DNA from: Candidatus Omnitrophota bacterium
Lineage (GTDB): Bacteria > Omnitrophota > Gorgyraeia > Gygaellales > Profunditerraquicolaceae
Assembly: GCA_041649115.1 (NCBI GenBank)
Contig: JBAZNT010000006.1
Span: forward strand, 1,301-65,300
Length of the DNA stretch: 64,000 bases
Direction: 5' to 3'
Under the pieces are notes generated by a model. That model had not been told where the DNA came from and searched no databases. It saw nothing but the letters and a program-made list of their open reading frames with translations. Positions 10,133 through 19,188 of the stretch are shown one piece after another. Position 1 is the stretch's first letter. Every line of letters starts with the position of its first letter. The position numbers were made by a program, and so were the translations under genes.

Positions 10133-10215
10133 AAGAGCATAAATACAATATATTGGGCATAGGACAAAGACATTTTTGGGGGTAGATAGGTTAAATTGAA
10201 AGGCATTTAATGCAT

Positions 10216-10251
10216 AAGGGCTCTTGGGAATCAGAAGAGCCCTTATTTTTT
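10216..10251 (+). terminator. intrinsic terminator-like hairpin in operon leader
   Basis: AAGGGCTCTT (10216-10225) pairs with AAGAGCCCTT (10235-10244), followed by ATTTTTT. It ends 9 nt before the ATG at 10260. Confidence 0.6.
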
Positions 10252-10259
10252 ATATTTAT

Positions 10260-11249
10260 ATGAAAACCGTCGGACTAACTTACGATTTAAAAACGGATTA
10301 CAAGTTTAAAAAAGGCGATCCGCCAGACGCCAACGCTGAATTTGACCACCCCAGCACTATCAACGTTATTGCCAAGGCCATTGAATCGCAGGGGGTAAAG
10401 GTGAAAAAGCTCGGCAACGCCATAAGCACTCTGGAGAACATAGATCGCCTGGGGGTTGATATAGTATTTAATATATCCGAGGGGTTAAGCGGCAGGAACA
10501 GGGAGTCCCAGGTCCCTGCCCTTTTGGAGATGAAAGGCATTCCTTTTGTGGGATCCGACGCCCTAACCCTCGGTATGACCCTGGACAAGATCATAGCCAA
10601 GAAGATATTTATTGCCGAGGGGATATCTACCCCTAAGTTCCTTGAGGTTAAGGATGTCGGTTCACTAAACAGTAGCGACCACCTTAATTTCCCATTGATT
10701 GTAAAGCCGCGTTTTGAAGGTTCCTCCAAGGGGCTAACTGAAGATTCACGCGTCGAAAACGCGGAAGACCTTAAGAAACAGGCCGGATACATCATCGACA
10801 CCTATAAGCAGCCGGCATTAGTGGAAGAGTTTATCTCAGGCCAGGAGTTTACGGTGGCGATAGTTGGCAATGATCCTCCGGAGGTATTTGCTCCGGTGCA
10901 GATTAAAATAGACGGGCGCCTCAACTTGAACGACAAATTCTATACCTTTGCCCGTATCACCTCCGATAAACTGCATTACATCTGTCCGCCGCGCATCAAC
11001 AGTTTCCTGAAGAACAAACTCCTTGAGCTCGCCCTCAAGACGTATGAGGCGGTGGAGTGTCTTGATTTCGGCAGGGTGGATTTCAGGGTGGATAGCGAAG
11101 GCAATGCTTATGTCTTGGAGATAAATCCGCTTCCTTCTTTGTCTACCTCGGATGTCTTTCCGCTCGTTGCCCGCGAAGCCGGAATGAATTACCAGGAGAT
11201 AATCGGCAAGATACTCCAAAGCGCCTTTAAAAGGTACAACCTAAATTAA
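10260..11249 (+). CDS. D-alanine--D-alanine ligase family ATP-grasp protein (paralogue 1)
   Basis: ORF track starts at a TTG at 10224 inside the hairpin. MKTVGLTYDL at 10260 parallels the paralogue start MKVALTYNL. ATP-grasp motifs PLIVKP..EGSSKG and EINPLP. Confidence 0.75.
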   Translation: MKTVGLTYDLKTDYKFKKGDPPDANAEFDHPSTINVIAKAIESQGVKVKKLGNAISTLENIDRLGVDIVFNISEGLSGRNRESQVPALLEMKGIPFVGSDALTLGMTLDKIIAKKIFIAEGISTPKFLEVKDVGSLNSSDHLNFPLIVKPRFEGSSKGLTEDSRVENAEDLKKQAGYIIDTYKQPALVEEFISGQEFTVAIVGNDPPEVFAPVQIKIDGRLNLNDKFYTFARITSDKLHYICPPRINSFLKNKLLELALKTYEAVECLDFGRVDFRVDSEGNAYVLEINPLPSLSTSDVFPLVAREAGMNYQEIIGKILQSAFKRYNLN

Positions 11250-12266
11250 ATGAAAGTTGCCTTGACCTACAACCTCAAAGAAGAAGACCAAAGCAAGCCC
11301 CCCGATTACTTCTCGGAATTCGACTCCCAGGATACCATTGAAGCGATTTCCTCGGCCCTCAACAGAAAAGGACATGCCGTCTATCCCGTTAACATCAATC
11401 GCGAGGACGTTATTTCCTATTTTCTCAAGAACCGTTTTGATATTGTATTTAATATCGCCGAAGGCAAGACCGGCAGGCTGCGGGAATCCGAGGTCCCCGC
11501 CATACTGGACTTTTTAGGGGTACCCTATACCGGCTCCAATACGTTCTCTCTGGCACTTGCCCTTAACAAGGCCCTCACTAAAAAGATACTCTTTGCGGAA
11601 AATATCCCTACTCCTCGTTTTCAGCTTTTTACGCGGGATGCCCAGGCGCTGGATTCCCGTTTAAGTTTTCCGCTTATCGTAAAACCTAACCGCGAAGGTT
11701 CGGCTAAAGGCATTAACACCTCTAATGTGGTAAAAGACAAGACTGCGCTATTCGAAAAGATAAAGGAATTGCGCAAGGTATATAATCAGGAGGTGCTGGT
11801 AGAAGAGTTTATCGAAGGCAAAGAACTGACCGTTGGAATACTTGAGAACGGCAAGGTTACGATACTGCCTATCCTGGAGATAGATTTTTCGGGATGCAAG
11901 AAAAGCGGCGAATATTTTTACAGCTGGCGCATGAAGGAATACCAGGGCAACGAAGAATTGGGATTGGTGCCGTCATTCTACTGCCCCGCGCGTTTGGACC
12001 GTGAGGCAGAGGAGAAGGTCAGGGATGTAGCGTTAAGGACGCACCGGGCAGTAGGGTGTTTTGACGTCTCCCGTACCGACATCCGTCTGACTGCCGATAA
12101 TATCCCTTACGTCTTGGAGATAAACCCCCTGCCGGGATTAAACCCCACGGAGTCAAATTTTCCCATCATGGCCTATGCCGCAGGAATGAAATACGATGAC
12201 ATCATCGACTCTATCTTGACCAATGCTTATCAGAGAATCTCTAAGAGGGAGGAGAGGCCAAATTGA
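11250..12266 (+). CDS. D-alanine--D-alanine ligase family ATP-grasp protein (paralogue 2)
   Basis: 338 aa, same architecture as the upstream gene (PLIVKPNREGSAKG, LEINPLPGL). Abuts the upstream stop codon. Confidence 0.75.
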   Translation: MKVALTYNLKEEDQSKPPDYFSEFDSQDTIEAISSALNRKGHAVYPVNINREDVISYFLKNRFDIVFNIAEGKTGRLRESEVPAILDFLGVPYTGSNTFSLALALNKALTKKILFAENIPTPRFQLFTRDAQALDSRLSFPLIVKPNREGSAKGINTSNVVKDKTALFEKIKELRKVYNQEVLVEEFIEGKELTVGILENGKVTILPILEIDFSGCKKSGEYFYSWRMKEYQGNEELGLVPSFYCPARLDREAEEKVRDVALRTHRAVGCFDVSRTDIRLTADNIPYVLEINPLPGLNPTESNFPIMAYAAGMKYDDIIDSILTNAYQRISKREERPN

Positions 12267-13447
12267 ATAACCCCATAGCGCTAGAGAGCCAAAAGACAGC
12301 GCAGGAAACCTTGCAGTCCGGGCGCTCGCAAAGAAGGTCCCGTGATTACCAGCAGATCGGCATCTACCATGATATCAACCCGCTGGATTGGGAGGATTGG
12401 CATTGGCAGATTAAACACCGTATCCGCAGCAGGGATGAACTATCGCAGATTATCAAGTTGACCCCGCAGGAGGAAGACGGGGCGAAGAAGGCCAGCGGCA
12501 GGTTGTCCATGGCAATCACGCCTTATTGGGCAAGTCTTATTGACCCCGATGATCCCGAATGTCCTATCCGGCGCCAGGCCGTGCCGGTAACGGCAGAGTC
12601 GGTAGTCTCGCCGCACGAGATGATTGACCCTTGCGCCGAGGACCGTGATTCACCGGCCCCTCACCTGGTGCATCGTTATCCGGATAGGGTATTGCTCCTG
12701 GCCACGGAGCACTGCGCGATGTACTGCCGGCATTGTACAAGGAGAAGGTTGGTGGGGGAACACGAGAAGGATGATAACAGCGCTTCGCGTTTTGACGCCG
12801 CCATTGAATACATCAGGTCTAACCGCAAGGTGCGCGACGTTTTGATATCAGGAGGAGACCCTTTTATCCTTGAGGACGAAGAAATAGAAAGGCTTCTGGA
12901 TAGCGTACGCGCCATACCGCATGTTGAATTCTTGAGGCTGGGGACCCGGGCTCCGGTAACGCTGCCTCAGCGCATCACCGAGAAACTGGTAACTATGCTC
13001 AAGAAGTACTCTCCGCTCTGGATAAGCATACACTTTAATCACCCCAAGGAGATTACCAAGCGTTGTAAGCTTGCCTGTGATATGCTGGCTGAGGCAGGTA
13101 TCCCGCTGGGGAGTCAGACGGTGCTTTTAAAAGGCGTCAATGATCGTCCTTACATCATGAAAAAATTGATGCACGAATTGCTAAAGATCCGGGTAAGACC
13201 TTACTATATCTATCAGTGTGACCCGGTGAGAGGTACACAGCATTTCCGCACCCCCGTTGCGGCGGGAATCAATATTATGGAAAAACTCCGCGGTCACACC
13301 TCCGGTTATGCCCTGCCGACTTACGTTATTGACGGTCCGGGGGGAGGAGGCAAGATCCCCGTAGGCCCAAACTATATCCTTTCACAGGCCAAGGGCAAGT
13401 ATGTCCTGCGCAATTACAAAGGCAAGATCTATACCTATCTTGAATAA
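12263..13447 (+). CDS. kamA: KamA family radical SAM lysine 2,3-aminomutase
   Basis: 394 aa. W.DWHWQ N-terminal motif, CAMYCRHCTRR cluster motif, SGGDP. TTG start overlaps the upstream stop. Confidence 0.85.
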   Translation: MNNPIALESQKTAQETLQSGRSQRRSRDYQQIGIYHDINPLDWEDWHWQIKHRIRSRDELSQIIKLTPQEEDGAKKASGRLSMAITPYWASLIDPDDPECPIRRQAVPVTAESVVSPHEMIDPCAEDRDSPAPHLVHRYPDRVLLLATEHCAMYCRHCTRRRLVGEHEKDDNSASRFDAAIEYIRSNRKVRDVLISGGDPFILEDEEIERLLDSVRAIPHVEFLRLGTRAPVTLPQRITEKLVTMLKKYSPLWISIHFNHPKEITKRCKLACDMLAEAGIPLGSQTVLLKGVNDRPYIMKKLMHELLKIRVRPYYIYQCDPVRGTQHFRTPVAAGINIMEKLRGHTSGYALPTYVIDGPGGGGKIPVGPNYILSQAKGKYVLRNYKGKIYTYLE

Positions 13448-13466
13448 GGGTAGAATTTCATTTTGC

Positions 13467-13495
13467 TTGACCCCCTTATTTTAGCGTTATATAAT
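13467..13495 (+). promoter_or_regulatory. sigma70-type promoter (TTGACC-17-TATAAT)
   Basis: TTGACC at 13467-13472 and TATAAT at 13490-13495, upstream of the EF-G-like gene. Confidence 0.5.
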
Positions 13496-13583
13496 TTTAT
13501 ACATAACGCAGTCAAACCGGCACCTTCCGGATTCTTCCGATAATAATAAATCCCCCTATTTATTATTATAAAGGAGCTGGCCT

Positions 13584-15539
13584 ATGGATAGCAAAAACAA
13601 ACGTAATCTTATTCTCCTCGGGCATGCCCAGTGCGGTAAGACTACCCTCGCAGAAAACCTCCTTTATTGCTCTAAGGCAACCGGCAGAAAAGGAGCGGTA
13701 TCCGACGGCACCACCGTAAGCGATTACAGCTTTGACGAGATAGAAAGAAAAAGCTCCATCAGTTCCGGGTTTCTTTACTGTGATTATAAAGGCACGCGTA
13801 TCCAGATTATTGATGCCCCCGGATATGCAGATTTCTGGGGAGAGGTCTTGGCAGGGGCGCGTGCCGTAGACGGCGCCATAATTGTAATTGACGCTACTGC
13901 CGGAGTGGAGGTAGGCACTGAGCGTGCCTGGCAGTTAGCCGAAGTCTTGGGTCTGCCGTGCCTTGTTTTCATTAATAAACTTGATAGAGAAGGAGTTGAC
14001 CCTGAGAGTGTCCTGGGCGAGGTAAGGAAAAAGCTTTCCAAGAAGGCGGTTTGCGTTTCTTCTCTGGATGCCCCGGAACTGGTAGAAGCGATTGCTGAAA
14101 GCGACGACAAGCTCCTGGAGAGGTATCTTGAAGGCTCTAAGTTTTCCCCCGAAGAGCTAAGGGGCGGCCTGCGCAAGGCCATTCTCAAACGGGGAGTTTT
14201 CCCGGTTTTATCAGGCTCGGGCCTTACCGATAATGGCATCCCAGAACTCCTGGATGCCGTGATTCAATATCTGCCATCTCCTGGCGAGCGTAACGCTATT
14301 AAGGCGGGGGACCCCTCAAGGCCGGACGCATCTAAGGAAGTTGAATTCAAGGACGAGGCGCCTTTCTCGGCCCTTGTTTTTAAGACCATCTCCGACCCTT
14401 ATGTCGGGCAACTTACGCTACTTAGGGTTTTTTCAGGTATCCTGCAGTCTAACACGGGTTTTTATAACGTTACCAATAAGACCAAAGAGAGGATCGGCCA
14501 GATTTATATCCTGCAGGGCAAGGAGCAAAAACCTTTGGATGCCGCGGGTCCGGGCGATATAGTGGCAATTGCTAAATTAAAAGAGACTACCGCTTCGGAT
14601 TCCCTGTCGGCCGATAAGGAGCAGTTTTTGTTTGAGCCCTTGGTATTCCCTGAGCCGGTAATGTCGGCTTCGGTTAAGCCTAAGAGCCGCGAAGACGAAG
14701 AGAAAATATCCGAGGCGCTGGCGAAGCTTACGGCTGAGGACCCTACCTTTAAGGTCAGCCGTGACGAGCAGACCAAAGAGGTAATTATTTCAGGCATGGG
14801 AGACCTGCATCTCTCGGTCATGGTCGGCCGTATGAAAAAGAGGTTTAATGTCCATGTGGACCTCGGCACGCCGAAAGTTTCTTATAAAGAGACTATCACC
14901 AAACATGCCAAGGTGCAGGGGAAATACAAGAAACAGTCCGGAGGGCGCGGTCAATACGGGGATGTGTGGCTGGAGATTGAACCCATGGGCCGCGGCGGAG
15001 GATTTGAGTTTGTGGATAAGATTTTTGGCGGCGCCATCCCGCGCAATTTTATCCCTTCGGTGGAAAAAGGCGTGCTGCAGGCTATGCTGCGGGGCGCAGT
15101 GGCAGGATACCCCATTGTAGATATAAGGGTAAAGCTCATTGACGGCTCTTACCACGAGGTCGACTCCTCTGATATGGCATTTCAGATTGCCGGAAGGATG
15201 GCCCTGAAAAAAGCCATGATGGAAGCCGGCCCCGCTCTCCTGGAGCCGGTTATGGATGTCGAGATTACTATCCCGGAGGAATGCCTGGGGGGAGTGTCCG
15301 GGGACGTAAATTCCAGGCGCGGCCGGATTATGGGCATGGAAGTCAAAGGGAAGACCCAGGTAGTGAAGGCCCAGATACCGCAGGCAGAGATGTTTACCTA
15401 CGCCAATGACCTGCGCTCCCTCACCGGAGGACGCGGAAGTTATACTATGCGCTTCTCTCATTACGAGGAGGTCCCGCACAAGATTGCCTCCGGTATTATC
15501 AATCGCTATCAGTCTACCAATAAAGAGGAAGAGGAGTAG
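13584..15539 (+). CDS. elongation factor G family GTPase (EF-G paralogue)
   Basis: 651 aa. G1 GHAQCGKTT, DAPG, NKLD. EF-G domains II-V are recognisable (e.g. GMGDLHL). Shorter than canonical FusA, and G1 is atypical. Confidence 0.85.
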   Translation: MDSKNKRNLILLGHAQCGKTTLAENLLYCSKATGRKGAVSDGTTVSDYSFDEIERKSSISSGFLYCDYKGTRIQIIDAPGYADFWGEVLAGARAVDGAIIVIDATAGVEVGTERAWQLAEVLGLPCLVFINKLDREGVDPESVLGEVRKKLSKKAVCVSSLDAPELVEAIAESDDKLLERYLEGSKFSPEELRGGLRKAILKRGVFPVLSGSGLTDNGIPELLDAVIQYLPSPGERNAIKAGDPSRPDASKEVEFKDEAPFSALVFKTISDPYVGQLTLLRVFSGILQSNTGFYNVTNKTKERIGQIYILQGKEQKPLDAAGPGDIVAIAKLKETTASDSLSADKEQFLFEPLVFPEPVMSASVKPKSREDEEKISEALAKLTAEDPTFKVSRDEQTKEVIISGMGDLHLSVMVGRMKKRFNVHVDLGTPKVSYKETITKHAKVQGKYKKQSGGRGQYGDVWLEIEPMGRGGGFEFVDKIFGGAIPRNFIPSVEKGVLQAMLRGAVAGYPIVDIRVKLIDGSYHEVDSSDMAFQIAGRMALKKAMMEAGPALLEPVMDVEITIPEECLGGVSGDVNSRRGRIMGMEVKGKTQVVKAQIPQAEMFTYANDLRSLTGGRGSYTMRFSHYEEVPHKIASGIINRYQSTNKEEEE

Positions 15540-15547
15540 GATTTATA

Positions 15548-16249
15548 ATGAAGATAAGCCTGATTTCCATACCTGAATTACCTCCCGGAAAACGCAACAT
15601 CAAAGACGCGCGCCTTGACCAGGTCGACAAAATAACCAAGGCCAAGAAAAAAACCTATCTGCAGGTGGAGTTGGTCGGTGAAGAAGGGGCAGTCGATGCC
15701 GATGCCATCCTTACGGCCAAAGAGGCAGCCGCGGATTTGATTCTAAGGGATTTGGAATTCGTGGAAAACCGCATCAGCCGCTCCACCCAGGAAGGAGAAA
15801 AGGCATTATTGTTAAGGTTTAAGGAGGCCCTGGAGAAGGAAGGGTTTATCTTTGGCCTTGGACTGACCCCCGAGGAAACGAAATTTATTTCCAGTTATAG
15901 TCTTTTAACAAAAAGACCGGTGGTAATGGTATCGAAGGAAGAGCTGGAATATTGCGATGACCTGCTGGCCAAGACATTAAAAGAGAGCGGTTACATCAGT
16001 TTTTTCACTACCGGAGAGAAAGAGACGCGCGCCTGGCTTATCAAGAACGGGGCAACTGCGTGGGAGGCAGCCGGAGCGATACATTCTGATATACAGAAGG
16101 GCTTTATTCGAGCCGAGATCATCGCCTTGGAGGATTTCTTAAGCTGCGGAGGCGAGACGCCTGCGAAACAGGCAGGGAAGATGCGCCTGGAAGGCAAGGA
16201 TTATATCATGCAGGATTGCGACCTGGCAAACTTCCGTTTTAATAAATAG
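15548..16249 (+). CDS. YchF-like protein lacking the P-loop (DUF933/TGS C-terminal region only)
   Basis: 233 aa. The C-terminus (FFTTGEKETRAW...IHSDIQKGFIRAEI...GKDYIMQDCD) matches the YchF C-terminal domain. No GxxxxGKS/T motif at the N-terminus. Confidence 0.6.
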   Translation: MKISLISIPELPPGKRNIKDARLDQVDKITKAKKKTYLQVELVGEEGAVDADAILTAKEAAADLILRDLEFVENRISRSTQEGEKALLLRFKEALEKEGFIFGLGLTPEETKFISSYSLLTKRPVVMVSKEELEYCDDLLAKTLKESGYISFFTTGEKETRAWLIKNGATAWEAAGAIHSDIQKGFIRAEIIALEDFLSCGGETPAKQAGKMRLEGKDYIMQDCDLANFRFNK

Positions 16250-16265
16250 TAACAGAGGAGAGGCA

Positions 16266-17822
16266 ATGGTCAAAATCAGACGCGCCTTAATCAGCTTATC
16301 GGATAAGACCGGCATCGTAGACTTTGCCCGCCAGCTAGAGGGGTTGGGGGTGGAGATACTTTCTACCGGGGGGACAGCCAGGCTGCTGCGCGATAACAAT
16401 ATAGCCGTGGTGGAGGTATCCGGATATACCGGTTTCCCTGAGATGCTCGACGGCAGGGTAAAGACCCTGCATCCTAAGATTCATGCCGGCCTGCTCGCTT
16501 TAAGGAATAACAATAAGCACCTCAAGGCACTGGAAGAGCAAGGCATCGGATTCATTGATATGGTGGTGGTTAATCTTTACCCATTTGAAAAGACATCCCG
16601 GAAGCCCGGCGTCAAAATTGAAGAGGTAATCGAAAACATCGATATCGGAGGGCCGTCGATGCTGCGCTCCGCTGCCAAGAATCATCAGTCCGTGGCAGTT
16701 GTCTCAAACCCCGGACGTTACCCTCTGATTATCGAAGAGCTCCGCCGTAATAACGGCTCTCTGCCCCAGGGGCTGCTCAGGGATTTGGCCATTGAGGCAT
16801 TTGGCCTTACCAGCCGTTACGATAATGCAATTTATACCTATCTTAACAATTATTTTAGAGGCGCAGGCCCTGCTACGGGATTTCCGCAGGATATCGGTTT
16901 CGCATTTGAAAAAGTCCAGGACTTAAGGTACGGAGAGAACCCTCATCAACGAGGGGCGTTCTACCGCGAAAAAGGCAAGGACCGGGGATTAGTTAATCTT
17001 AAACAGTTGCAAGGCAAGGAGCTCTCTTTCAATAATATCTTGGATTTAAATTCCGCATTCGAGCTGGTTAAGGAATTCAGCAATCCTGCAGCCGTGGTCC
17101 TTAAGCATAATAATCCCTGCGGGGCGGCAGAAGATAAGGTTTTGAGCCGCGCTTACCTCAGTGCCTGGAAGTGCGATACTCTTTCGGCTTTCGGCGGGAT
17201 AGTGGCGCTTAACCGTAAGCTTGATGCAGAGACCGCCCGCGCGATTAGCAAGAGCGGTTTTTTGGAATGCGTGATTGCTCCCCAGGTAAGCAAGGAGGCC
17301 AGGGTCTTATTCAAGGATAAGAAGAATCTGCGCCTCGTAGAATTAAATGACCTCGAGGTCCAAAATGAACCGGAATTAAAGAGGGTCAGCGGCGGGCTCC
17401 TGTTACAGGACAAGGATGCCCGGACCATCGACCTCGACAAATTAAAGGTCGTCACCAGCAAGGGGCCTACCAAGAAACAACTGGATAGTCTTGTTTTTGC
17501 ATGGAAGGTAGCCAAGCACGTTAAATCCAACGCCATCGTGTTGGCCTCGGGGACCAAGACCGTCGGTATCGGGGCAGGGCAGATGTCGCGCGTAGACTCC
17601 GTTACTATCGCCAGGATTAAGGCCGGTAAGAAAAGCAGGAATTCGTCTTTGGCCTCGGACGCTTTCTTTCCAAAACCCGACGCTATTATAGAAGCTGCCA
17701 GGGCCGGGGTGAAATGCATTATTCAGCCGGGGGGGTCAATATCGGACCAGGATATCATCAGGGCCTGCGATAAGCATAATATTTCCATGGTATTTACCGG
17801 TCTGCGCCACTTCAAACACTAA
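16266..17822 (+). CDS. purH: bifunctional AICAR transformylase/IMP cyclohydrolase
   Basis: 518 aa. RALISLSDKTG...GGTA...KTLHPKIHAGLL and the C-terminal FFPF-type region are typical of PurH. Confidence 0.95.
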   Translation: MVKIRRALISLSDKTGIVDFARQLEGLGVEILSTGGTARLLRDNNIAVVEVSGYTGFPEMLDGRVKTLHPKIHAGLLALRNNNKHLKALEEQGIGFIDMVVVNLYPFEKTSRKPGVKIEEVIENIDIGGPSMLRSAAKNHQSVAVVSNPGRYPLIIEELRRNNGSLPQGLLRDLAIEAFGLTSRYDNAIYTYLNNYFRGAGPATGFPQDIGFAFEKVQDLRYGENPHQRGAFYREKGKDRGLVNLKQLQGKELSFNNILDLNSAFELVKEFSNPAAVVLKHNNPCGAAEDKVLSRAYLSAWKCDTLSAFGGIVALNRKLDAETARAISKSGFLECVIAPQVSKEARVLFKDKKNLRLVELNDLEVQNEPELKRVSGGLLLQDKDARTIDLDKLKVVTSKGPTKKQLDSLVFAWKVAKHVKSNAIVLASGTKTVGIGAGQMSRVDSVTIARIKAGKKSRNSSLASDAFFPKPDAIIEAARAGVKCIIQPGGSISDQDIIRACDKHNISMVFTGLRHFKH

Positions 17823-17847
17823 ACCCCATATTAAGTAATTCTCTCAT

Positions 17848-19188
17848 ATGATGACCTATGCCGGGGCCATTAGGTATCTGGAGTCTTTTGTTAATTACGA
17901 GAATATACCAGCCTGGCCTTACAAGCAATCCTTAAAATTAAAACGATTCAGGGAATTCCTAGCTTTTTTAGGAAACCCCCAGCGCAAACTGCGCTGTATT
18001 CATGTTGCCGGCAGCAAGGGCAAGGGATCGACCTGTGTTTTTATCTCGCATATATTGAGGGAAGCCGGTTTTAGGGTAGGGCTTTATACCTCCCCGCATC
18101 TGGTGGATTTCCGCGAGAGAATCAGGATTTTGGATAACCGGCATTCCGAAGGCGTCCCGAAAGCAGATTTTGAAGGGATGATACCTTCCCGCTGCCTGGC
18201 AGGCATGGTTGAGAGAATCAGGCCCTATATCATAAGGTTTGATGCCTCTTCAAAGAACGGTAACCTGTCGTTTTTTGAGGTATATACGGCGCTCGCCTTT
18301 TTGTATTTCGTGGATCAAAAGGTTGATTTCACGGTCCTGGAGACAGGCCTCGGGGGGAGGTTGGATGCCACCAACACTACGAGGCCCATGGTTTGCGTTA
18401 TAACGCCCGTTAGTTACGAACATACTGATAAGCTCGGGAATACCTTAAAAGAGATTGCCTTTGAGAAAGCTGGCATTATTAAGAAGGAGGCAGTGGTAAT
18501 AAGTGCGCCGCAGGCTCCAGAGGCAGAGGATGTTATCCGCCGGAGGTGCCTTCGGATGCGTGCGAGGCTTTACCGTGCGGGCCGGGATTTCCGCTACGGA
18601 TATAAAAATAACAGTTTTCAAATAACAGGGCCCTTTGGAAACCACCGCAACCTTAGCATAAATCTTGTGGGTGAGCACCAGATATCTAATGCCGCCGTAG
18701 CGGTCTCTGCCATCGGAGCATTATGTCTTGGAGGTATCGGGGTAAGCCCATCTTCTTTAAGAAAAGGGCTATCCGGCGCGGTCTGGCCCGGCAGATGCGA
18801 GGTTGTCATGAGGGATCCGCTTGTAGTCCTTGACGGCGCCCAGAACAGGTCCTCTGCCGCAGCCTTAAAAGAGGCGGTTAAAAAAAATTTTAAATACCGC
18901 AGGCTTATCCTTGTTCTAGGCATCTCTAAAGACAAGGATATCCCGGCTATCTGCGCAGAGCTCCACGAGCTGGCAGACAAGGTTATCCTTACCAGGGCTA
19001 ATAATCCACGCGCCAGCATGCCTTGCAGGCTAGCGCGTTATTTTATGGACAAGGATATTTTTATCACAAATAATGTAAGGGATGCGCGCAGGGAGGCTTT
19101 TGCCATGGCAGGAAAAGATGATCTGGTTTTGGTCTGCGGTTCCCTCTTTGTGGTAGGAGAATTCAGGGGTGGCAGGATATATCCTTAG
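17848..19188 (+). CDS. folC: folylpolyglutamate synthase/dihydrofolate synthase
   Basis: 446 aa. HVAGSKGKGST P-loop and Mur-ligase-like layout. Confidence 0.85.
   Translation: MMTYAGAIRYLESFVNYENIPAWPYKQSLKLKRFREFLAFLGNPQRKLRCIHVAGSKGKGSTCVFISHILREAGFRVGLYTSPHLVDFRERIRILDNRHSEGVPKADFEGMIPSRCLAGMVERIRPYIIRFDASSKNGNLSFFEVYTALAFLYFVDQKVDFTVLETGLGGRLDATNTTRPMVCVITPVSYEHTDKLGNTLKEIAFEKAGIIKKEAVVISAPQAPEAEDVIRRRCLRMRARLYRAGRDFRYGYKNNSFQITGPFGNHRNLSINLVGEHQISNAAVAVSAIGALCLGGIGVSPSSLRKGLSGAVWPGRCEVVMRDPLVVLDGAQNRSSAAALKEAVKKNFKYRRLILVLGISKDKDIPAICAELHELADKVILTRANNPRASMPCRLARYFMDKDIFITNNVRDARREAFAMAGKDDLVLVCGSLFVVGEFRGGRIYP

Noticed and set aside
10121-10140. Rex operator downstream of rex
   Set aside because: A TTGTGA half-site is present, but there is no matching TCACAA half-site at the expected spacing.
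10133-10259. Lysine (L-box) riboswitch upstream of the kamA operon
   Set aside because: The leader is short (about 120 nt) and AT-rich, and lacks the multi-helix conserved core I associate with the L-box. Only a terminator and a uORF are supportable.
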